Source of the DNA: Eledone cirrhosa
Taxonomy: Eukaryota
Assembly: GCA_964016885.1 (NCBI GenBank)
Contig: OZ024753.1
Coordinates: 22,878,001 to 22,942,000, forward strand
Length of the DNA stretch: 64,000 nt
Direction: 5' to 3'
The stretch's first letter is position 1, and every line of letters begins with the position of its first letter. A model generated the notes under the pieces. The model saw nothing but the letters and a program-made list of their open reading frames with translations, was not told where the DNA came from and made no database searches. Of this stretch, positions 12,001 to 24,000 are shown piece after piece. Both the position numbers and the translations under genes were made by a program.

Positions 12001-15000
12001 GTGTTGGTGTTGACAGTCGTGTTGGTGGTGGTGGAGGTGGTGTTGGTGTTGACTGTCGTGTTGGTGGTGGTGGAGGTGGTGTTGGTGTTGACTGTCGTGT
12101 TGTTGGTGGTGGTGGTGGTTTTGGTGTTGACTGTCGTGTTGGTGGTGGTGGTGGTGGTGTTGGTGTTGACTGTCGTGTTGGTGGTGGTGGAGGTGGTGTT
12201 GGTGTTGACTGTCGTGTTGTTGGTGGTGGTGGTGGTGTTGGTGTTGACAGTTGTGTTGTTGGTGGTGGTGGTGGTGTTGGTGTTGACAGTCGTGTTGGTG
12301 GTGGTGTTGGTGTTGACTATCGTGTTGGTGGTGGTGGAGGTGGTGTTGGTGTTGACTATCGTGTTGTTGGTGGTGGTGGTGGTGTTGGTGTTGACTGTCG
12401 TGTTGTTGGTGGTGGAGTTGGTGTTGGTGTTGACAGTCGTGTTGGTGGTGGTGGAGGTGGTGTTGGTGTTGACTGTCGTGTTGTTGGTGGTGGTGGTGGT
12501 GTTGGTGTTGACTGTCGTGTTGTTGGTGGTGGTGGTGGTGTTGGTGTTGACTGTCGTGTTGGTGGTGGTGGAGGTGGTGTTGGTGTTGACAGTCGTGTTG
12601 GTGGTGGTGGAGGTGGTGTTGGTGTTGACTGTCGTGTTGGTGGTGGTGGAGGTGGTGTTGGTGTTGACTGTCGTGTTGGTGGTGGTGGAGGTGGTGTTGG
12701 TGTTGACTGTTGTGTTGGTGGTGGTGGAGGTGGTGGAGGTGTTGACTTTCGTGTTGTTGGTGGTGGTGGTGGTGTTGGTGTTGACTGTCGTGTTGTTGGT
12801 GCTGGTGGTTGTGTTGGTGTTGACAGTTGTGTTGGTGGTGGTGGAGGTGGTGTTGGTGTTGACTGTCGTGTTGGTGGCGGTGGAGGTGGTGTTGATGTTG
12901 ACTGTCGTGTTGGTGGTGGAGTTGGTGTTGGTGTTGACTGTCGTGTTGTTGGTGGTGGAGGTGGTGTTGGTGTTGACTGTCGTGTTGGTGGTGGTGGTGG
13001 TGGTGGTGGTGTTGGTGTTGACTGTCGTGTTGGTGGTGCTGGTGGTGGTGTTGGTGTTGACTGTTGTGTTGTTGGTGGTGGAGGTGGTGTTGGTGTTGAC
13101 TGTCGTGTTGGTGGTGGTGGAGGTGGTGTTGGTGTTGACTGTCGTGTTGTTGGTGGTGGTGGTGGTGTTGGTGTTGACTGTCGTGTTGGTGGTGGTGGTG
13201 GTGGTGTTGGTGTTGACTGTCGTGTTGGTGGTGGTGGAGGTGGTGTTGGTGTTGACTGTCGTGTTGTTGTTGGTGGTGGTGGTGTTGGTGTTGACAGTCG
13301 TGTTGTTGGTGGTGGTGGTGGTGTTGGTGTTGACAGTCGTGTTGGTGGTGGTGGAGGTGGTGTTGGTGTTGACTATCGTGTTGTTGGTGGTGGTGGTGGT
13401 GTTGGTGTTGACAGTCGTGTTGGTGGTGGTGGAGGTGGTGTTGGTGTTGACTATCGTGTTGTTAGTGGTGGTGGTGGTGTTGGTGTTGACTGTCGTGTTG
13501 TTGGTGGTGGAGTTGGTGTTGGTGTTGACAGTCGTGTTGGTGGTGGTGGAGGTGGTGTTGGTGTTGACTGTCGTGTTGTTGGTGGTGGTGGTGGTGTTGG
13601 TGTTGACTGTCGTGTTGTTGTTGGTGGTGGTGGTGTTGGTGTTGACTGTCGTGTTGGTGGTGGTGGAGGTGGTGTTGGTGTTGACAGTCGTGTTGGTGGT
13701 GGTGGAGGTGGTGTTGGTGTTGACTGTCGTGTTGGTGGTGGTGGAGGTGGTGTTGGTGTTGACTGTCGTGTTGGTGGTGGTGGAGGTGGTGTTGGTGTTG
13801 ACTGTTGTGTTGGTGGTGGTGGAGGTGGTGGAGGTGTTGACTGTCGTGTTGTTGGTGGTGGTGGTGGTGTTGGTGTTGACTGTCGTGTTGTTGGTGCTGG
13901 TGGTTGTGTTGGTGTTGACAGTTGTGTTGGTGGTGGTGGTGGTGGTGGTGGTGTTGGTGTTGACTGTCGTGTTGGTGGCGGTGGAGGTGGTGTTGATGTT
14001 GACTGTCGTGTTGGTGGTGGAGTTGGTGTTGGTGTTGACTGTCGTGTTGTTGGTGGTGGAGGTGGTGTTGGTGTTGACTGTCGTGTTGGTGGTGGTGGTG
14101 GTGGTGGTGGTGTTGGTGTTGACTGTCGTGTTGGTGTTGGTGGTGGTGTTGGTGTTGACTGTTGTGTTGTTGGTGGTGGAGTTGGTGTTGGTGTTGACTG
14201 TCGTGTTGATGGTGGTGGAGGTGGTGTTGGTGTTGACTGTCGTGTTGGTGGTGGTGGACGTGGTGTTGGTGTTGACTGTTGTGTGTGTGGTGGTGGAGGT
14301 GGTGTTTGTGTTGACTATCGTGTTGGTGGCGGTGGAGGTGGTGCTGATGTTGACTGTCGTGTTGGTGGTGGAGTTGGTGTTGGTGTTGACTGTCGTGTTG
14401 TTGGTGGTGGAGGTGGTGTTGGTGTTGACTGTCGTGTTGGTGGTGGTGGTGGTGGTGGTGTTGGTGTTGACTGTCGTGTTGGTGGTGCTGGTGGTGGTGT
14501 TGGTGTTGACTGTTGTGTTGTTGGAGGTGGTGGTGGTGTTGGTGTTGACTGTCGTGTTGATGGTGGTGGAGATGGTGTTGGTGTTGACTGTTGTGTTGTT
14601 GGAGGTGGTGGTGGTGTTGGTGTTGACTGTCGTGTTGGTGGTGGTGGTGGTGGTGTTGGTGTTGACTGTCGTGTTGGTGGTGGTGGTGGTGGTGTTGGTG
14701 TTGACTGTCGTGTTGGTGGTGGTGGAGGTGGTGTTGGTGTTGACTATCGTGTTGTTGGTGGTGGTGGTGGTGTTGGTGTTGACAGTCGTGTTGGTGGTGG
14801 TGGAGGTGGTGTTGGTGTTGACTATCGTGTTGTTGGTGGTGGTGGTGGTGTTGGTGTTGACTGTCGTGTTGTTGGTGGTGGAGTTGGTGTTGGTGTTGAC
14901 AGTCGTGTTGGTGGTGGTGGAGGTGGTGTTGGTGTTGACTGTCGTGTTGTTGGTGGTGGTGGTGGTGTTGGTGTTGACTGTCGTGTTGTTGGTGGTGGTG

Positions 15001-18000
15001 GTGGTGGTGTTGGTGTTGACTGTCGTGTTGGTGGTGGTGGAGGTGGTGTTGGTGTTGACAGTCGTGTTGGTGGTGGTGGAGGTGGTGTTGGTGTTGACTG
15101 TCGTGTTGGTGGTGGTGGAGGTGGTGTTGGTGTTGACTGTCGTGTTGGTGCTGGTGGAGGTGGTGTTGGTGTTGACTGTTGTGTTGGTGGTGGTGGAGGT
15201 GGTGTAGGTGTTGACTGTCGTGTTTTTGGTGGTGGTGGTGGTGTTGGTGTTGACTGTCGTGTTGTTGGTGCTGGTGGTTGTGTTGGTGTTGACAGTTGTG
15301 TTGGTGGTGGTGGAGGTGGTGTTGGTGTTGACTGTCGTGTTGGTGGCGGTGGAGGTGGTGTTGATGTTGACTGTCGTGTTGGTGGTGGAGTTGGTGTTGG
15401 TGTTGACTGTCGTGTTGTTGGTGGTGGAGGTGGTGTCGGTGTTGACTGTCGTGTTGGTGGTGGTGGTGGTGGTGTTGGTGTTGACTGTCGTGTTGGTGGT
15501 GGTGGTGGTGGTGGTGGTGTTGGTGTTGACTGTCGTGTTGGTGGTGCTGGTGGTGGTGTTGGTGTTGACTGTTGTGTTGTTGGTGGTGGAGGTGGTGTTG
15601 GTGTTGACTGTCGTGTTGGTGGTGGTGGAGGTGGTGTTGGTGTTGACTGTCGTGTTGTTGGTGGTGGTGGTGGTGTTGGTGTTGACTGTCGTGTTGGTGG
15701 TGGTGGTGGTGGTGTTGGTGTTGACTGTCGTGTTGGTGGTGGTGGAGGTGGTGTTGGTGTTGACTGTCGTGTTGTTGGTGGTGGTGGTGGTGTTGGTGTT
15801 GACAGTCGTGTTGTTGGTGGTGGTGGTGGTGTTGGTGTTGACAGTCGTGTTGGTGGTGGTGGAGGTGGTGTTGGTGTTGACTATCGTGTTGTTGGTGGTG
15901 GTGGTGGTGTTGGTGTTGACAGTCGTGTTGGTGGTGGTGGAGGTGGTGTTGGTGTTGACTATCGTGTTGTTGGTGGTGGTGGTGGTGTTGGTGTTGACTG
16001 TCGTGTTGTTGGTGGTGGAGTTGGTGTTGGTGTTGACAGTCGTGTTGGTGGTGGTGGAGGTGGTGTTGGTGTTGACTGTCGTGTTGTTGGTGGTGGTGGT
16101 GGTGTTGGTGTTGACTGTCGTGTTGTTGGTGGTGGTGGTGGTGTTGGTGTTGACTGTCGTGTTGGTGGTGGTGGAGGTGGTGTTGGTGTTGACAGTCGTG
16201 TTGGTGGTGGTGGAGGTGGTGTTGGTGTTGACTGTCGTGTTGTTGGTGGTGGAGTTGGTGTTGGTGTTGACAGTCGTGTTGGTGGTGGTGGAGGTGGTGT
16301 TGGTGTTGACTGTCGTGTTGTTGGTGGTGGTGGTGGTGTTGGTGTTGACTGTCGTGTTGTTGGTGGTGGTGGTGGTGTTGGTGTTGACTGTCGTGTTGGT
16401 GGTGGTGGAGGTGGTGTTGGTGTTGACAGTCGTGTTGGTGGTGGTGGAGGTGGTGTTGGTGTTGACTGTCGTGTTGGTGGTGGTGGAGGTGGTGTTGGTG
16501 TTGACTGTCGTGTTGGTGGTGGTGGAGGTGGTGTTGGTGTTGACTGTTGTGTTGGTGGTGGTGGAGGTGGTAGAGGTGTTGACTGTCGTGTTGTTGGTGG
16601 TGGTGGTGGTGTTGGTGTTGACTGTCGTGTTGTTGGTGCTGGTGGTTGTGTTGGTGTTGACTGTCGTGTTGGTGGTGGTGGAGGTGGTGTTGACTGTCGT
16701 GTTGTTCGTGTTGGGGGTGGTGTTGGTGTTGACAGTCGTGTTGGTGGTGGTGGTGGTGGTGGTGTTGGTGTTGACTATCGTGTTGGTGGTGGTGGAGGTG
16801 GTGTTGGTGTTGACTGTCGTGTTGTTGGTGGTGGTGGTGGTGTTGGTGTTGACTGTCGTGTTGTTGGTGGTGGTGGTGGTGTTGGTGTTGACTGTCGTGT
16901 TGGTGGTGGTGGAGGTGGTGTTGGTGTTGACAGTCGTGTTGGTGGTGGTGGAGGTGGTGTTGGTGTTGACTGTCGTGTTGGTGGTGGTGGAGGTGGTGTT
17001 GGTGTTGACTCTCGTGTTGGTGGTGGTGGAGGTGATGTTGGTGTTGACTGTTGTGTTGGTGGTGGTGGAGGTGGTGGAGGTGTTGACTGTCGTGTTGTTG
17101 GTGGTGGTGGTGGTGTTGGTGTTGACTGTCGTGTTGTTGGTGCTGGTGGTTGTGTTGGTGTTGACAGTTGTGTTGGTGGTGGTGGAGGTGGTGTTGGTGT
17201 TGACTGTCGTGTTGGTGGCGGTGGAGGTGGTGTTGATGTTGACTGTCGTGTTGGTGGTGGAGTTGGTGTTGGTGTTGACTGTCGTGTTGGTGGTGGTGGT
17301 GGTGGTGGTGGTGTTGGTGTTGACTGTCGTGTTGGTGGTGCTGGTGGTGGTGTTGGTGTTGACTGTTGTGTTGTTGGTGGTGGAGTTGGTGTTGGTGTTG
17401 ACTGTCGTGTTGATGGTGGTGGAGGTGGTGTTGGTGTTGACTGTCGTGTTGGTGGTGGTGGAGGTGGTGTTGGTGTTGACTGTTGTGTGGGTGGTGGTGG
17501 AGGTGGTGTTTGTGTTGACTATCGTGTTGGTGGCGTGGAGGTGGTGCTGATGTTGACTGTCGTGTTGGTGGTGGAGTTGGTGTTGGTGTTGACTGTCGTG
17601 TTGTTGGTGGTGGAGGTGGTGTTGGTGTTGACTGTCGTGTTGGTGGTGGTGGTTTTGGTGGTGTTGGTGTTGACTGTCGTGTTGGTGGTGCTGGTGGTGG
17701 TGTTGGTGTTGACTGTTGTGTTGTTGGAGGTGGTGGTGGTGTTGGTGTTGACTGTCGTGTTGATGGTGGTGGAGATGGTGTTGGTGTTGACTGTTGTGTT
17801 GTTGGAGGTGGTGGTGGTGTTGGTGTTGACTGTCGTGTTGGTGGTGGTGGTGGTGGTGTTGGTGTTGACTGTCGTGTTGGTGGTGGTGGAGGTTGTGTTG
17901 GTGTTGACTGTCGTGTTGTTGGTGGTGGAGGTGGTGTTGACTGTCGTGTTGTTCGTGTTGGAGGTGGTGTTGGTGTTGACTGTCGTGTTGGTGGTGGTGG

Positions 18001-21000
18001 AGGTGGTGTTGGTGTTGACTATCGTGTTGGTTGTGGTGGAGGTGGTGTTGGTGTTGACTGTTGTGTTGGTGGTGGTGGAGGTGGTGTTGGTGTTGACTGT
18101 CGTGTTGGTGGTGGTGGAGGTGGTGTTGGTGTTGACTGTCGTGTTGGTGGTGGTGGAGGTGGTGTTGGTGTTGACTGTTGTGTTGGTGGTGGTGGAGGTG
18201 GTGTCGGTGTTGACTGTCGTGTTGGTGGTGGTGGAGGTGGTGTTGGTGTTGACTGTGGTGTTGTTGGTGGTGGAGGTGGTGTTGGGGTTGACTGTCGTGT
18301 TGTTGGTGGTGGAGGTGGTGGAGGTGGTGTTGACTGTCGTGTTGGTGGTGGAGGTGGTGTTGGTGTTGACTGTCGTGTTGGTGGTGGTGGAGGTGGTGTT
18401 GTTGTTGACTGTCGTGTTGTTGGTGGTGGAGGTGGTGTTGGTGTTGACAGTCGTGTTGGTGTTGGAGGTGGTGTTGGTGTTGACTGTCGTGTTGGTAGTG
18501 GTGGAGGTGGTGTTGGTGTTGACTGTCGTGTTGGTGGTGGTGGAGGTGGTGTTGGTGTTGACTGTCGTATTGTTGGTGGTGGAGGTGATGTTGGTGTTGA
18601 CTGTCGTGTCGGTAGTGGTGGAGATGGTGTTGGTGTTGACAGTCGTGTTGTTGGTGGTGGTGGTGGTGTTGGTGTTGACAGTCGTGTTGGTGGTGGTGGA
18701 GGTGGTGTTGGTGTTGACTGTCGTGTTGGTGGTGGTGGAGGTGGTGTTGGTATTGACTGTCGTGTTGTTGGTGGTGGTGGTGGTGTTGGTGTTGACTGTC
18801 GTGTTGGTGGTGGTGGTGGTGGTGTTGGTATTGACTGTCGTGTTGTTGGTGGTGGTGGTGGTGTTGGTTGTGGTGGAGGTGGTGTTGGTGTTGACTGTCG
18901 TGTTGTTGGTGGTGGTGGTGGTGTTGGTGTTGACAGTCGTGTAGGTGGTGGTGGTGGTGGTGTTGGTGTTGACTGTCGTGTTGTTGGTGGTGGAGGTGGT
19001 GTTGGTGTTGACAGTCGTGTTGGTGGTGGTGGTGGTGGTGTTGGTGTTGACTGTCGTGTTGTTGGTGGTGGAGGTGGTGTTGGTGTTGACAGTCGTGTTG
19101 GTGGTGGTGGTGGTGGTGTTGGTGTTGACTGTCGTGTTGTTGGTGGTGGAGGTGGTGTTGGTGTTGACAGTCGTGTTGGTGGTGGTGGTGGTGGTGTTGG
19201 TGTTGACTGTCGTGTTGTTGGTGGTGGAGGTGGTGTTGGTGTTGACAGTCGTGTTGGTGGTGGTGGTGGTGGTGTTGGTGTTGACAGTCGTGTTGGTGGT
19301 GGTGGAGGTGGTGTTGGTGTTGACTGTCGTGTTGTTGGTGGTGGAGGTGGTGTTGGTGTTGACTGTCGTGTTGTTGGTGGTGGTGGTGGTGTTGGTGTTG
19401 ACAGTCGTGTTGGTGGTGGTGGTGGTGGTGTTGGTGTTGACAGTCGTGTTGGTGGTGGTGGAGGTGGTGTTGGTGTTGACTATCGTGTTGTTGGTGGTGG
19501 TGGTGGTGGTGTTGGTGTTGACAGTCGTGTTGGTGGTGGTGGTGTTGGTGTTGACTGTCGTGTTGGTGGTGGTGGTGGTGGTGTTGGTGTTGACTGTCGT
19601 GTTGGTGGTGGTGGAGGTGGTGTTGGTGTTGACTGTCGTGTTGTTGGTGGTGGTGGTGGTGTTGATGTTGACAGTCGTGTTGTTGGTGGTGGTGGTGGTG
19701 TTGGTGTTGACAGTCGTGTTGGTGGTGGTGGAGGTGGTGTTGGTGTTGACTGTCGTGTTGTTGGTGGTGGTGGTGGTGTTGGTGTTGACAGTCGTGTTGG
19801 TGGTGGTGGAGGTGGTGTTGGTGTTGACTATCGTGTTGTTGGTGGTGGTGGTGGTGTTGGTGTTGACTGTCGTGTTGTTGGTGGTGGAGTTGGTGTTGGT
19901 GTTGACAGTCGTGTTGGTGGTGGTGGTGTTGGTGTTGACTGTCGTGTTGGTGGTGGTGGTGGTGGTGTTGGTGTTGACTGTCGTGTTGTTGGTGGTGGAG
20001 GTGGTATTGGTGTTGACTGTTGTGTTGGTGGTGGTGGAGGTGGTGGAGGTGTTGACTGTCGTGTTGTTGGTGGTGGTGTTGGTGTTGACTGTCGTGTTGT
20101 TGGTGCTGGTGGTTGTGTTGGTGTTGACAGTTGTGTTGGTGGTGGTGGAGGTGGTGTTGGTGTTGACTGTCGTGTTGGTGGCGGTGGAGGTGGTGTTGAT
20201 GTTGACTGTCGTGTTGGTGGTGGAGTTGGTGTTGGTGTTGACTGTCGTGTTGTTGGTGGTGGAGGTGGTGTTGGTGTTGACTGTCGTGTTGGTGGTGGTG
20301 GTGGTGGTGTTGGTGTTGACTGTCGTGTTGGTGGTGGTGGAGGTGGTGTTGGTGTTGACTGTCGTGTTGTTGGGGTGGAGGTGGTGTTGGTGTTGACTGT
20401 CGTGTTGGTGGTGGTGGAGGTGGTGTTGGTGTTGACTGTCGTGTTGTTGGTGGTGGAGGTGGTGTTGGTGTTGACAGTCGTGTTGGTGGTGGTGGTGGTG
20501 GTGTTGGTGTTGACAGTCGTGTTGGTGGTGGTGGTGGTGGTGTTGGTGTTGACTGTCGTGTTGTTGGGGTGGAGGTGGTGTTGGTATTGATTGTCGTGTT
20601 GTTGGTGGCGGAGGTAGTGTTGGTGTTGACTGTCGTGTTGTTGGTGGTGGAGGTGGTGTTGGTGTTGACAGTCGTGTTGGTGGTGGTGGAGGTGGTGTTG
20701 GTGTTGACTGTCGTGTTGTTGTTGGTGGTGGTGGTGTTGGTGTTGACAGTCGTGTTGGTGGTGGTGGAGGTGGTGTTGGTGTTGACTGTCGTGTTGTTGG
20801 TGGTGGTGGTGGTGTTGGTGTTGACAGTCGTGTTGGTGGTGGTGGAGGTGGTGTTGGTGTTGACAGTCGTGTTGGTGGTGGTGGAGGTGGTGTTGGTGTT
20901 GACTGTCGTGTTGTTGGTGGTGGTGGTGGTGTTGGTGTTGACAGTCGTGTTGGTGGTGGTGGAGGTGGTGTTGGTGTTGACTGTCGTGTTGTTGGTGGTG

Positions 21001-24000
21001 GTGGTGGTGTTGGTGTTGACAGTCGTGTTGGTGGTGGTGGAGGTGGTGTTGACTGTCGTGTTGTTGGGGTGGAGGTGGTGTTGGTGTTGACTGTCGTGTT
21101 GGTGGTGGTGGAGGTGGTGTTGGTGTTGACTGTCGTGTTGTTGGTGGTGGAGGTGGTGTTGGTATTGACTGTCGTGTTGTTGGTGGTGGAGGTGGTGTTG
21201 GTGTTGACTGTCGTGTTGTTGGTGGTGGTGGTGGTGTTGGTGTTGACAGTCGTGTTGGTGGTGGTGGAGGTGGTGTTGGTGTTGACTGTCGTGTTGTTGG
21301 TGGTGGTGATGGTGTTGGTGTTGACAGTCGTGTTTGTGGTGGTGGAGGTGGTGTTGGTGTTGACTGTCGTGTTGTTGGTGGTGGAGGTGGTGTTGGTGTT
21401 GACTGTTGTGTTGGTGGTGGTGGAGGTGGTGTTGGTGTTGACTGTCGTGTTGGTGGTGGTGGTGGTGGTGTTGACTGTCGTGTTGTTGGTGGTGGAGGTG
21501 GTGTTGGTTTTGACTGTCGTGTTGTTGGCGGTGGAGTTGGTGTTGGTGTTGACTGTCGTGTTGTTGGTGGTGGAGGTGGTGTTGGTGTTGACTGTCGTGT
21601 TGTTGGTGGTAGAGGTGGTGTTGGTGTTGACTGTTGTGTTGGTGGTGGTGGAGGTGGTGTTGGTGTTGACTGTCGTGTTGGTGGTGGTGGTGGTGGTGTT
21701 GGTGTTGACTGTCGTGTTGTTGGTGGTGGAGGTGGTGTTGACTGTCGTGTTGGTGGTGGAGGTGGTGTTGGTGTTGACTGTCGTGTTGGTGGTGGTGGAG
21801 GTGGTGTTGGTGTTGACTGTCGTGTTGTTGTTGGTGGAGGTGGTGTTGGTGTTGACTGTCGTGTTGTTGGTGGTGGAGGTGGTGTTGGTGTTGACTGTCG
21901 TGTTGGTGGTGGAGGTGGTGTTGGGGTTGACTGTCGTGTTGTTGGTGGTAGCGGTGGTGGAGGTGGTGTTGACTGTCGTGTTGGTGGTGGAGGTGGTGTT
22001 GGTGTTGACTGTCGTGTTGGTAGTGGTGGAGGTGGTGTTGGTGTTGACTGTCGTGTTGGTGGTGGTGGAGGTGGTGTTGGTGTTGACTGTCGTGTTGTTG
22101 GTGGTGGTGTTGGTGTTGACAGTCGTGTTGGTGGTGGTGGAGGTGGTGTTGACTGTTGTGTTGTTGGGGTGGAGGTGGTGTTGGTGTTGACTGTCGTGTT
22201 GGTGGTGGTGGAGGTGGTGTTGGTATTGACTGTCGTGCTGTTGGTGGCGGAGGTGGTGTTGTTGTTGACTGTCGTGTTGGTGGTGGTGGAGGTGGTGTTG
22301 GTGTTGACTGTCGTGTTGTTGGTGGTGGAGGTGGTGTTGGTGTTGACTGTCGTGTTGTTGGTGGTGGTGGAGGTGGTGTTGGTGTTGACAGTCGTGTTGG
22401 TGGTGGTGGAGGTGGTGTTGGTGTTGACTGTCGTGTTGTTGGTGGTGGTGGTGGTGTTGGTGTTGACAGTCGTGTTGGTGGTGGTGGTGGTGGTGTTGGT
22501 GTTGACAGTCGTGTTGGTGGTGGTGGAGGTGGTGTTGGTGTTGACAGTCGTGTTGGTGGTGGTGGAGGTGGTGTTGGTGTTGACTGTCGTGTTGTTGGTG
22601 GTGGTGGTGGTGTTGGTGTTGACAGTCGTGTTGGTGGTGTTGGTGGTGTTGGTGTTGACAGTCGTGTTGGTGGTGGTGGAGGTGGTGTTGGTGTTGACAG
22701 TCGTGTTGGTGGTGGTGGAGGTGGTGTTGGTGTTGACTGTTGTGTTGTTGGAGGTGGAGTTGGTGTTGGTGTTGACTGTCGTGTTGATGGTGGTGGAGGT
22801 GGTGTTGGTGTTGACTGTCGTGTTGGTGGTGGTGGAGGTGGTGTTGGTGTTGACTGTCGTGTTGTTGGTGGTGGAGGTGGTGTTGGTGTTGACTGTCGTG
22901 TTGTTGGTGGTGGAGGTGGTGTTGGTGTTGACTGTCGTGTTGTTGGTGGTGGAGGTGGTGTTGGTGTTGACTGTCGTGTTGTTGGTGGTGGAGGTGGTGT
23001 TGGTGTTGACTGTCGTGTTGTTGGTGGTGGAGGTGGTGTTGGTGTTGACTGTCGTGTTGGTGGTGGTGGAGGTGGTGTTGGTGTTGACTGTCGTGTTGTT
23101 GGTGGTGGAGGTGGTGTTGGGGTTGACTGTCGTGTTGGTGGTGGTGGAGGTGGTGTTGGTGTTGACTGTCGTGTTGTTGGTGGTGGAGGTGGTGTTGGTA
23201 TTGACTGTCGTGTTGGTGGGGGTGGTGGTGGTGTTGGTATTGACAGTCGTGTTGGTGGTGGAGGTGGTGTTGGTGTTGACTGTCGTGTTGTTGGTGGTGG
23301 AGGTGGTGGAGGTGGTGTTGACTGTCGTGTTGGTGGTGGTGGAGGTGGTGTTGGTATTGACAGTCGTGTTGGTGGTGTAGGTGGTGTTGGTGTTGACTGT
23401 CGTGTTGTTGGTGGTGGAGGTGGTGGAGGTGGTGTTGACTGTCGTGTTGGTGGTGGAGGTGGTGTTGGTGTTGACTGTCGTGTTGGTGGTGGTGGAGGTG
23501 GTGTTGGTGTTGACTGTCGTGTTGTTGGTGGTGGAGGTGGTGGAGGTGGTGTTGACTGTCGTGTTGGTGGTGGAGGTGGTGTTGGTGTTGACTGTCGTGT
23601 TGGTGGTGGTGGAGGTGGTGTTGGTGTTGACTGTCGTGTTGTTGGTGGTGGAGGTGGTGCTGGTATTGACAGTCGTGTTGGTGGTGGAGGTGGTGTCGGT
23701 GTTGACTGTCGTGTTGGTGGTGCTGGTGGTGGTGTTGGTGATGACTGTCGTGTTGTTGGTGGTGGAGGTGGTGTTGGTGTTGACTGTCGTGTTTTTGGTG
23801 GTGGAGGTGGTGTTGGTGTTGACTGTCGTGTTGTTGGTGGTGGAGGTGGTGTTGGTGTTGACTGTCGTGTTGTTGGTGGTGGAGGTGGTGTTGGTGTTGA
23901 CTGTTGTGTTGGTGGTGGTGGAGGTGGTGTTGGTGTTGACTGTCGTGTTGGTGGTGGTGGTGGTGGTGTTGGTGTTGACTGTCGTGTTGTTGGTGGTGGA